Under the pieces are notes generated by a model. The model was not told the DNA's origin. It saw nothing but the letters and a program-made list of their open reading frames with translations, and searched no databases. From an uncultured delta proteobacterium (GTDB taxonomy: Bacteria > Desulfobacterota > Syntrophorhabdia > Syntrophorhabdales > WCHB1-27), in NCBI GenBank assembly GCA_963810935.1, contig CAWEPK010000012.1, forward strand, positions 352,001-416,000: 64,000 bases of DNA. The letters run 5' to 3'. Shown piece after piece: positions 10,717-18,579 of the stretch. The first letter of the stretch is position 1; every line of letters begins with the position of its first letter. The position numbers were made by a program, and so were the translations under genes.

Positions 10717-11015
10717 TTATTCCGGCTCCGTCTGGTAGCCGGCCTTGACCCGGTCATACCACGCGCCCCTTATGCCGCCCTTCAGATAGCGAACTTTCTC
10801 GTAGCCCGCCTTCTCCAAACCTTGCGCCAAACTGACGCTCGTCGAGTCGTTCACTCAAGCGCGATAGAGGACGATTGTCTCGTCCTTCGGGTACTTATTA
10901 ATCAAGCAGCCGAACTTCATGCCCTCTTCCCGCACGGCCCCTTTGATCTTCACCTTGCTCGTCCCAATCATGGCTCGCCCTTACGTCGATGACGATTACA
11001 TTGGGGTCGCCCTTC
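10717..11015 (-). pseudogene. Decayed rhodanese-related selenoprotein gene
   Basis: Reads GDPNVIVIDVRASHDWD/fs/SKVKIKGAVREEG..KYPKDETIVLYRA[TGA 10855-10857]VNDSTSVSLAQGLEKAGYEKVRYLKGG..GYQTEPE*; no N-terminus found. Confidence 0.75.
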
Positions 11016-11367
11016 GAGTCACGCCCGGTCCTTCCTTCTACATCCCCCCTTTGCGCTGCCTCAAACCTGAATAGCCGCTGATTCGGCGGACAATCGTGTC
11101 CTGTTTCCAGGACACAGTCCTGTTTGCAGAACCGGTTCACCTCCATGAGAATCAGTAGACCGGCCGTAATTGCTTGAAAATGCTGGCCGATCTCGCCGCC
11201 TACCATTTTGGCACGCTTCTTGTTATGCACCCAACAGACCGAGCAAAACCAGGATATGAGCTGCACCATTAAACGAGGTCCTGATAGGGCATCAAGGACG
11301 ACGGCATAACTGTGGAGGCTGTGATATTGAAGCAAGACCAATCAAATCCAAACTATGGAGGTTCCTG

Positions 11368-11718
11368 ATGAAACGAGTAGTGTTGGCAGCCACGTTGTTC
11401 TTTTTCACATTGGGGTTCGTGGGACAGGTATTCGCGCAGGAGGCCAGCGGCGCAGAATGGAGCAAGCAGGAGTTCATGAACAAGCTCTCCGCCGCCAAAG
11501 AGATGAAACTGGACGGGACGGTCGTCAGCCACGACCCTGTGTGCCATTGCGTCGTCGTGAAGACGGCAAAGGGAGAGATCACCCTTCAAGACGACTATAC
11601 CAAGTTCATGCAGGACTATAATCAGGCGAAGGGGCTGAAGATAGGCGCCAAGGTAACGGGCATCTATAAAACGGTGAGCCATATCCACTATCTCACCAGC
11701 GTCGAGTACGCCATGTAG
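11368..11718 (+). CDS. Secreted small protein, probable OB-fold, HDPVCHC motif
   Basis: GGAGG RBS, Sec signal ending VFA-Q, beta-rich mature part, downstream terminator. Confidence 0.75.
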   Translation: MKRVVLAATLFFFTLGFVGQVFAQEASGAEWSKQEFMNKLSAAKEMKLDGTVVSHDPVCHCVVVKTAKGEITLQDDYTKFMQDYNQAKGLKIGAKVTGIYKTVSHIHYLTSVEYAM

Positions 11719-11748
11719 CGGCCGCCCGGCCGGTATGCAGCGAGCTAT

Positions 11749-11790
11749 AGAGAGAGGGAGTACGCCTCCCCTCCCTCTCTCTGCTTTTCT
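11749..11790 (+). terminator. Intrinsic terminator
   Basis: AGAGAGAGGGAG / CTCCCTCTCTCT stem followed by GCTTTTCTT. Confidence 0.7.
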
Positions 11791-11826
11791 TGTTTCAGTT
11801 CCGGTCTTTTTTCGGCGACAGGCCCC

Positions 11827-13023
11827 TTAAACCGTGAATATCTCCCTTGGGGTCTTGTGCAGCCGCTTCGCCGCCCCTTTCCTGCCGATAAGGTAATTGT
11901 CCGAGTTGCAGACCCAGAGGCTCGCGGTAGCCACAGTGGGGTGGACCGATATATTCATGTTGGCCCGCATCTTCATCGGCTCGTCGTCCCTGATAGCGGG
12001 CCGCTCGACGACGTCATAGCCCTGGCCGTGGGCAAAGAGCCTCGTCTCCGGAAGCTTTCCCCTCTTTACGAGCAGCGCGTTGTTGGCGTCCCAGATCGCT
12101 TTCGGGTCCGTGCCGGGTATCAGGCGCTCCGCAGCCTGATCCTGGGCCTGCCCGGCAAGCTCGTTGGCGTCAAGCAATTCAGAAGGCGCTTTGCGGCCCA
12201 CGAAAAAGCAGCGGCCTATCTCCCCGTACATGCCGCCCGGGCCGTTCACGCCGACAAGCAAGCTGAACTGGTCGCCTTTCCGGACTACCCGGTTCTGGAA
12301 GTGGCGCGTGCGCACTGCTGCCGGTACCCCTGACGGCGCGGACGCGCCGAGCACAAGCTGTTCCTCGCTCCCCAGCTCGGTCGCCTTCCTTATCACGTCG
12401 GCGATGATCTCGAAGTCCCTCCTGCCCGGCTTGATGATTGTCCTCGCGTAAGCGATGACTTTATCCTGAAGCTCCACTGTCTTCATTATAAAATCGATCT
12501 CTTCCGCGCTCTTGACCGCCTTGATGTTGTCGACGAGCTCTGCCGCCTCGACAAAGCGCGCGCCCGGCAGGTCCTTCCGCAGGTAATAGACGAAGGCCGC
12601 GCTCGTCTGGACTGCGTTGACTACGCCGATCACGCCTTTCTCCCAGGGTTTCAGCGCGGTTGCCGCGAGATGCGCGTCATAGACGCCCGTATAGTAAAGG
12701 CTCGGAAAATATCCGATGCTGAGCCTTTGCTTCGTGCCCCTCACCGCCCACGCGGGAGGGCCGGGGTCGGTAGGCGGCGTGCCCCCGGAGGTGATGCTCG
12801 TCATCTCCGCGTCAAGGGGAAAGACCACCGTCCTGGGATACGAATTGCGCGCCGGGAAATCGGTGAACCACTGGACATACCCGCCCAGGAACTGGTCCCT
12901 GCTCTGCATAACCAGGGCGTCGATGCCCTGCGCCTCCATGGCCTTCCGGACGGCCTTCCAGCGTCTCCTAAGCTCCGCGTTGGACGCGCCCAGAGTCATG
13001 GTCTCTTTCGGGTCGAAGCTCAT
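11827..13023 (-). CDS. M24 (pita-bread fold) peptidase/amidohydrolase
   Basis: Creatinase-like N domain, IKAVKSAEEI, FAHGQGYDVVERP; GGGG RBS before ATG 13023. Confidence 0.85.
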   Translation of the reverse strand: MSFDPKETMTLGASNAELRRRWKAVRKAMEAQGIDALVMQSRDQFLGGYVQWFTDFPARNSYPRTVVFPLDAEMTSITSGGTPPTDPGPPAWAVRGTKQRLSIGYFPSLYYTGVYDAHLAATALKPWEKGVIGVVNAVQTSAAFVYYLRKDLPGARFVEAAELVDNIKAVKSAEEIDFIMKTVELQDKVIAYARTIIKPGRRDFEIIADVIRKATELGSEEQLVLGASAPSGVPAAVRTRHFQNRVVRKGDQFSLLVGVNGPGGMYGEIGRCFFVGRKAPSELLDANELAGQAQDQAAERLIPGTDPKAIWDANNALLVKRGKLPETRLFAHGQGYDVVERPAIRDDEPMKMRANMNISVHPTVATASLWVCNSDNYLIGRKGAAKRLHKTPREIFTV

Positions 13024-13164
13024 GCGATGTTCCCCCTTTATAGTCTCCACCGTCCGGCGATCACCCAACCGTCCGGCATTTCTCAGAAATGCTACCACAA
13101 ACACCCGGAAAAACAAAAGACAAAGAGCGGCAGCGGCAGCAAGCGGGCCGTCGTCTTGCCCTTA

Positions 13165-13232
13165 TCCGTCATTCCGTGCCTGACACGGAATCCAGGTTTT
13201 TTCTGGATACCGGCCTTCGCCGGTATGACGGA
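13165..13232. repeat. REP-like dyad
   Basis: TCCGTCATTCCGTGCCTGACACGGAATCCAG-TTTTTT-CTGGATACCGGCCTTCGCCGGTATGACGGA. Confidence 0.85.
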
Positions 13233-13355
13233 GGGTGGGGCCGGTATGAGGGACTGGTGGAGCCGTGCATGAGGACTGGCGGGGCCGTGCAGGACGGACC
13301 AAAGTCATTCAAACTCTTGGGGAACCGTGGTGGGCCGTTTATCCCAAGGGGGACC

Positions 13356-13533
13356 GGGGTGGGCCGGAGAGAGTTTCGATGGAATTCGCGTTGCTTTTCG
13401 AGGAAGCGGGCCGGAGCATAAGTTTTATGCATGTGAGGACTCGCGCCCGAGGAAACGACGCGAAGGCCGCGTACGTCTCCCCCCGCGATTAGCTTTTCTA
13501 TATATCGCGGGGCAAAGATCCCGGCCCACGCCG
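13356..13533 (+). repeat. Structured repeat family 1, copy D, with nested hairpin at 13481-13512
   Basis: CCGGAGCATA..ATGTGAGGAC core; arms TTCGCGTTGCTTTTCGAGGA / CGAGGAAACGACGCGAA near-identical to copy at 60364. Confidence 0.8.
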
Positions 13534-13580
13534 CCCCCCCTCCCATTGAATTCGGCGGACCGTTACCATACACTGTATAC

Positions 13581-14972
13581 ATGAAACGCTACCTGATATT
13601 CGGCATGGTGGGGCTCGGCCTTCTCATGTCCTCCATCGATTCCACCGTGGTCGCCGTCGCCCTGCCCACCTTCATAAAAGACCTCCACACGAACGTCCTC
13701 TGGGCCGCGTGGACCATCTCCCTCTATTTCATCGCCATGACCATGGCGATGCCGCTCATGGGCAACATGAGCGATACTTTCGGCCGGAAGAAAGTCTATG
13801 TCTCCTGCCTGGTCCTCTTTACCGCAAGCTCGCTCGCGTGCGGCCTCGCGCCGAACATCTACGTGCTGATAATCTTTCGGCTTTTCCAGGGCCTGGGCGG
13901 GGCGGGCCTCCTGCCGACCGCATCAGGCATAGTGAGCGACTATTTCCCCGAGAACCGGGACAGGGCCATCGGCCTTTTCACCAGCATTTTCCCTATCGGC
14001 GGCATTATCGGGCCGAACCTCGGCGGATGGGTGGTAACCCGCTTCGGCTGGAGGGACATCTTCTTCATTAATATTCCCATAGGCATAGTCCTGATCGCCG
14101 CGTCCCTGATTATGCTGGAGGACGCGCCCGCCTCCTCCCGGAGCAAGGTCGATTTCAACGGGGCCTTCATGTTCAGCGGCGCGGTCCTCCTCCTCATGCT
14201 CGGGCTCAACTTCTTCGCGGAAAGCAGCCAGGCGGCGTACCACGTCCTGGGCGCGCTTTGCCTCGCGGCGAGCGTCTCCCTCGGCATCGCCTTCTTCTCG
14301 CATGAAAAGGGGCAGCAGAACCCCATCCTCGACCTTGCGCTCCTTCAATCCAAGCCTTTCCTGGCGGCCAATATCGTCAACCTGCTCATAGGGGCGGGGA
14401 TCCTCGGCGTCTTCTCCTTCATACCCCTCTACGCCACGTCCGTCTTCGGTCTCTCCACGATGGTGAGCGGCATGATACTGACGCCCCGATCGGTCGCCAC
14501 GATCGTCGTCTCCGCCATCACCTCCTTTATGCTCCGTCGCAGCGGGTACCGCAAGCCGATGGTCCTGGGGTTCAGCATCGCCACATTAGGCACGCTGCTC
14601 CTCGACGCGACCGGGTTCATCCGGCCCGCTCCCGCCACGATGCTGTCAATGCTGACGCTCCTCGCGGGCGCCGGGGCCGGCATGTCGTTCCCAGCCGCCA
14701 ACAACGCCTGCATCGAGCTTATGCCGGAAAGGGTCTCCACCATAGTCGGCCTTCGCGGCATGTGCAGGACGATAGGCGCGGCCCTCGGGGTCTCCCTTAT
14801 CACCTTCATCCTGCATTCCTCGCCCGACCGGCTGACCGGTTTCAGGATCAGCTTCATAGTCTGCACCGTCATACTCGCCGCCGCGATACCCCTTGTCTTC
14901 CTAATGCCTGCGGCCAAGGGCAACGGAGGGATCGCGCCGTCCGCCCGCCTGGCCGGAGCGCCCGACGCGTAG
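13581..14972 (+). CDS. MFS drug:H+ antiporter (DHA2, 14 TM)
   Basis: SSIDSTVVAVALP, GNMSDTFGRKK, GPNLGG..WRDIFFINIPIG. Confidence 0.92.
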   Translation: MKRYLIFGMVGLGLLMSSIDSTVVAVALPTFIKDLHTNVLWAAWTISLYFIAMTMAMPLMGNMSDTFGRKKVYVSCLVLFTASSLACGLAPNIYVLIIFRLFQGLGGAGLLPTASGIVSDYFPENRDRAIGLFTSIFPIGGIIGPNLGGWVVTRFGWRDIFFINIPIGIVLIAASLIMLEDAPASSRSKVDFNGAFMFSGAVLLLMLGLNFFAESSQAAYHVLGALCLAASVSLGIAFFSHEKGQQNPILDLALLQSKPFLAANIVNLLIGAGILGVFSFIPLYATSVFGLSTMVSGMILTPRSVATIVVSAITSFMLRRSGYRKPMVLGFSIATLGTLLLDATGFIRPAPATMLSMLTLLAGAGAGMSFPAANNACIELMPERVSTIVGLRGMCRTIGAALGVSLITFILHSSPDRLTGFRISFIVCTVILAAAIPLVFLMPAAKGNGGIAPSARLAGAPDA

Positions 14973-15059
14973 CGCTGCAGGTGTTGAACTCCGATAATGA
15001 TAATTTCCTTGCATTTATACCCCCCGTCTGATGTATGATTTCCCCATAGGGGTTTAAAA

Positions 15060-16334
15060 TTGAATCTCGACATCGCCATTATAGTGCTCCTGTCTATTTA
15101 CGTGGCGCTGATGAGGTGGTACCTTTTCCCCATAAAGTGGCGGCGCCAGGGGCCCAGGCCCCAATACAGCCCTGCCTACGGGAACCTCACGGCGGCCGCA
15201 GCGGGACACGCCGCCTCGTATCCACACGTTGGGATGAGCATGCCCTCTTACGGGTTTGCCCGGCCTTCCGCGCCCGCCCACGCTTTCTGCGAGCGGCGGG
15301 AGGAGGACGATGACGCTCCGGACGAGCCGGAAAAGAGGGTGACGCGGCCGGCAACCCCTGAAAGACGGCCTGCCGAGGCGAAACCGCAGGCAAAACCGGA
15401 AGCCCCGGCGCAGCTCAAACCGCAAGCCCGGACGGAAGCAAAGCCGGAACCGGCCGCCGTAGCCGCGCCAAAACCTGTTCCGGCGCCTGTGAAGGCCGCT
15501 GCCGCACCTGTGAAAGCCTTCCCAACGAAGGCAGCCGGGCAAAAGGGCCTGCCTGCCGGCGTATCACCGCAGCAGTTGAAGGACAAGCTGGCAGTCCCGA
15601 AACCTGCCGGTCAACCCGTCAATGGAGCGTCCCGGCCAGCCAAGCCCGGCGCCCAACAGCCAAAACCTGCGGCGCAGCCGGTAAAGCCTGTATCTCAGCC
15701 TAAACCTGCGGTGCAGCCGATAAAAGTTGCACCTGCACCGAAGAGCACGCTCCTTCAGAAGAAACCGGCTGCAAAACCCCCTGTCACGAACGCAGCGCCG
15801 CAAAAGAAAGCCGCACCGCACTTAGCTAAACCGGCGCCCCGGCCCGCAAAGTCCGCGCCTGCGGTCAAGCTTGCTCGCCGGCCTGTTAAATCGGCTCCGC
15901 AGCCGGTCAAGCCCGCGCCTTCGGCAAAGGTCGCCCCGCCTCCAAAGGCCGCTGCGCCCGCCGCGCCCGCAAATGAAGCCGCGCAGGTCCAGGGCGTTTA
16001 TATCGACAAGCGGGAGGCCCTCAACCTGGCCGGACTCGTGGTCACCGCCATAACGAAGGGCGAGGCCGGAGAGGTATACGGCAGGATGGGCAGGACTTAC
16101 CGCGACGCAGTGACGGAGGACATCCTCGGGGCGATGATCGAGCAGATGAACGCAACCTACGGCGGATCGGCCGCCCGGTCCCCGGAGCGCGGCGAGGCCA
16201 TAGACAGCGGCGCACCCGACGCGGGCTTCACAATCCGTTACTCGGTACGCACAGGAAGCGGCACGTACCCCTTCTTCGTCCAGATAGCCCGCGAGGGCGA
16301 CAGGCTCGTCTGCTCCGATTTCTATTACGGCTGA
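15060..16334 (+). CDS. Membrane-anchored protein with long Pro/Ala/Lys-rich linker and small C-terminal globular domain
   Basis: TTG start, N-terminal TM, about 200 aa PAK/PVK low complexity, alpha/beta C-terminus. Confidence 0.65.
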   Translation: MNLDIAIIVLLSIYVALMRWYLFPIKWRRQGPRPQYSPAYGNLTAAAAGHAASYPHVGMSMPSYGFARPSAPAHAFCERREEDDDAPDEPEKRVTRPATPERRPAEAKPQAKPEAPAQLKPQARTEAKPEPAAVAAPKPVPAPVKAAAAPVKAFPTKAAGQKGLPAGVSPQQLKDKLAVPKPAGQPVNGASRPAKPGAQQPKPAAQPVKPVSQPKPAVQPIKVAPAPKSTLLQKKPAAKPPVTNAAPQKKAAPHLAKPAPRPAKSAPAVKLARRPVKSAPQPVKPAPSAKVAPPPKAAAPAAPANEAAQVQGVYIDKREALNLAGLVVTAITKGEAGEVYGRMGRTYRDAVTEDILGAMIEQMNATYGGSAARSPERGEAIDSGAPDAGFTIRYSVRTGSGTYPFFVQIAREGDRLVCSDFYYG

Positions 16335-16366
16335 TGCATTATTGGGGTTCAGCACCCCCTCCAGCA

Positions 16367-17007
16367 ATCATCTACCCCCGGCAAAGCCGGGGGTTTGTTA
16401 AAACCGTGAACCGCTCAAAGCGGTTAGTTGTGCGTTAGCTGCCTAAAGGCAGCTATTTGTCCTTCTCAAACAGTTTCATCTGGTCGAGCCTTCGATCTGT
16501 CTCTTCCTGGGCTTGGATGTACGCTCGTATGGCTTGCTCGTCCAACCCTATGGTCGATACGCAATAACCTCTGGCCCAAAAGCTCTGACCTACGAAGTTG
16601 CGTCTCCTGCCGCTCATCCGGGCTATGTAGATCGCGCTCTTCCCTTTGATAAAGCCTACCACCTGGGCAACGGCATACTTTGGGGGAACCGAGAGCAACA
16701 CGTGGACGTGGTCCACTACCAGTTTCCCCTCCAGCACCTCGCTCTCCTTCTGTCGCGCCAGCTCCTTGATGATGGGCCCTATCTCCTTCCTGAGATTTCC
16801 GTAGAGTACCTTTTTCCGGTACTTCGGAATCCACACCACATGATACTTGCAATCCCATACCGTATGACATAAGCTCTGAATATCTTCCACCGAAAGCCTC
16901 CTTAACTCTGCCGACCGCCTAAACGGTTCACGGATACAGGAGGCTTTCCTATATATTCCCGGAATTGTCAAACTCCGGGATTCCCCCGGCAGAGCCGGGG
17001 GTTTACC
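16367..17007 (-). mobile_element. IS200/IS605-family element (tnpA only)
   Basis: Subterminal hairpins CCCCCGGCAAAGCCGGGGG (16375-16393) and CCCCCGGCAGAGCCGGGGG (16983-17001) flank a Y1 transposase; exact ends uncertain. Confidence 0.9.
16453..16890 (-). CDS. tnpA: IS200-type HUH (Y1) transposase
   Basis: CKYHVVWIPKYR, DHVH (HUH), KGKSA, FWARGY, YIQAQ; AAGGAGG before GTG 16890. Confidence 0.95.
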   Translation of the reverse strand: MEDIQSLCHTVWDCKYHVVWIPKYRKKVLYGNLRKEIGPIIKELARQKESEVLEGKLVVDHVHVLLSVPPKYAVAQVVGFIKGKSAIYIARMSGRRRNFVGQSFWARGYCVSTIGLDEQAIRAYIQAQEETDRRLDQMKLFEKDK

Positions 17008-17015
17008 AGAAGGAA

Positions 17016-17265
17016 ATTATTGGGGTTCAGCACCCCCTCACCGGGCAAAGCCCGGCGAGCCTCCCTGCTCGGCGCTGCGCATTCGCTTGCTTTATTACTG
17101 CCGCGCTCGGCACTCGCTCCGGCAGTAATCGGGTTCAACACCACCTCCGGGCGACTTTCCCTCCTTGCGTCGGGCGGGTGCCCCGGCCTTCCCCCGGCGC
17201 GGCGCTCGCATTCGCTCGCTTTATTGCCGCTGAGGTTCAGCGGTAATAATTGGGGTTCAGCACCC
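17016..17265 (+). repeat. Tandem of about 2.3 units (110-120 nt) of repeat family 2
   Basis: GG(G)TTCA(G/A)CACC motif at 17016, 17126 and 17245; CGGCGCT(G)CGCATTCGCT(T/C)GCTTTATT twice; hairpins ATTACTGCCG/CGGCAGTAAT and TTATTGCCGCTGA/TCAGCGGTAATAA. Confidence 0.75.
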
Positions 17266-17294
17266 GTCGAGCACCAACGGCCCGGCCCTCCCTT

Positions 17295-17572
17295 CAGGGC
17301 AAGCGCATTTGGCAAACCCACTCCAAGGTTCGGAAGCGTACGACACCCTTCCTTAAGCGCATGTGGTGGAACGACCGCGAACCATCGTTGGCGTAGCATA
17401 GCGGTCCCGTAAGGGATGATGTGCGTGCTCGATCTGCCTTTAGCTCGTGCTGCGCCACGCACATCAAGCTATGCGAAGCCTTACGATGGTCGGGAGTGGA
17501 GCCTTTATGCGCGTAGGAACGGGTGTCGTGTGCTTCCGCGTGGGGGCAAAGTTTCCAATTGCGTTTGCCCTG
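17295..17572 (+). mobile_element. 278-bp non-autonomous MITE with ISAs1-type ends, rod-like fold
   Basis: TIRs CAGGGCAAGCGCATTTGG / CCAATTGCGTTTGCCCTG; flanking direct repeat GCCCTCCCTT / GCCCTCCCCT; ISAs1 family ends begin CAGGG with 8-10 bp target duplications. Confidence 0.75.
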
Positions 17573-17628
17573 GCCCTCCCCTTAACCTTGTGAACGGCCG
17601 TCGAAAACATTATATTGGCATAAAGATC

Positions 17629-18411
17629 ATGCGTTCGATATGGTCAGGCGCCATCAGCTTCGGTCTTATCAACATCCCGGTCAAGCTCTATCCGGCAGTC
17701 GAGGAGCATGCCCTCGACTTCGACATGCTCCGCCGCCAGGACCTTTGCCCCATCCGCTACGCGCGCGTCTGCCGCGACACGGGCGAAGAAGTCCCTTACG
17801 ACGACATCGTCAAGGGATATGAGTACAGGAAGGGGGATTACGTCGTCCTGGAGGACACGGACTTCAAGGCGGCCGCTGCCGGGAAAAGCCAGACGATCGA
17901 TATAAACGAGTTCGTCAACGCGAGCGAGATCGACGCGAAGCTCTTCGAGAAGCCGTACTACCTGGAGCCGTCGAAACAGGCGCGGAACGCCTACGGCCTG
18001 CTGCGGGAGGCGCTAAAGAGAACGGGCAAGGTGGGCGTGGGCCGCTTCGTCCTGCGGAACAGGGAGCGCCCCGTAGCGGTAAGGCCGGAGGGCGACCTGC
18101 TCGTCCTGGAGCAGATGCGTTTTTTAAGTGAGATCAGGGAGCCTGCGGGCCTCGACCTGCCGGCAGCGGGCGACGTGAGCAAGAAGGAATTGGAGATCGC
18201 GATAAAGCTGGTCGACCAGCTCACGGAGGCCTTCGACCCGGAGCGCATGCACGATACGTACAGCGAGCAGCTAAAGAACGTGATCGACCGGAAGGCACAG
18301 GGCAAAAAACCGGAAGCAGCAAAAGAGGCGCCCATACCGGCCGCTGTGCCCGACCTCATGGCGAAGCTGCGCGAAAGCCTGGAACAGGCGAAAAAGCGGA
18401 AGACCGCCTGA
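17629..18411 (+). CDS. ku: NHEJ Ku protein
   Basis: MRSIWSGAISFGLINIPVKLY, IVKGYEY, FEKPYYLEP, DLMAKLRESL. Confidence 0.96.
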   Translation: MRSIWSGAISFGLINIPVKLYPAVEEHALDFDMLRRQDLCPIRYARVCRDTGEEVPYDDIVKGYEYRKGDYVVLEDTDFKAAAAGKSQTIDINEFVNASEIDAKLFEKPYYLEPSKQARNAYGLLREALKRTGKVGVGRFVLRNRERPVAVRPEGDLLVLEQMRFLSEIREPAGLDLPAAGDVSKKELEIAIKLVDQLTEAFDPERMHDTYSEQLKNVIDRKAQGKKPEAAKEAPIPAAVPDLMAKLRESLEQAKKRKTA

Positions 18412-18500
18412 CAGGGGGGCGCACCGCTTTTCACGCCTGGAACAGGCGAAAAAGCGAAAAACCGCCTGAAGCAAAGAGCCGGTGCGAGCCCCAGTACTTA

Positions 18501-18575
18501 ATGCCTCTTCCTTTTAATGAGGGGGTGGCTCCGCCGGCTGATGCCGGTGGAGGGGGCGACGCTAGCCCCAATAAT
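18501..18575 (+). repeat. Repeat family 2 full unit immediately upstream of ligD
   Basis: ATGCCTCTTCCTTTTAATGAGGGGGTGGCTCC-hairpin-GGAGGGGGCGACGCTAGCCCCAATAA, nearly identical to reverse complement of 45081-45152. Confidence 0.85.
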
Positions 18576-18579
18576 TGTC

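Noticed and set aside
13231..13291. Mini CRISPR (GGACTGG(T/C)GG(A/G)GCCGTGCA twice)
   Set aside because: Degenerate ~22-nt tandem repeat without spacers
16338..17039. 24-bp target-site duplication of the IS200
   Set aside because: HUH transposases make no TSD; the motif is a dispersed repeat
17016..17265. CRISPR array from recurring GGGGTTCAGCACC
   Set aside because: Period of 110-120 nt, intervening sequences resemble each other, no cas genes
17295..17572. 6S RNA or large SRP RNA
   Set aside because: No SRP helix-8 CAGG/AGCAG motif, longer than 6S, and TIR plus TSD fit a MITE better; a Rfam scan is still advised
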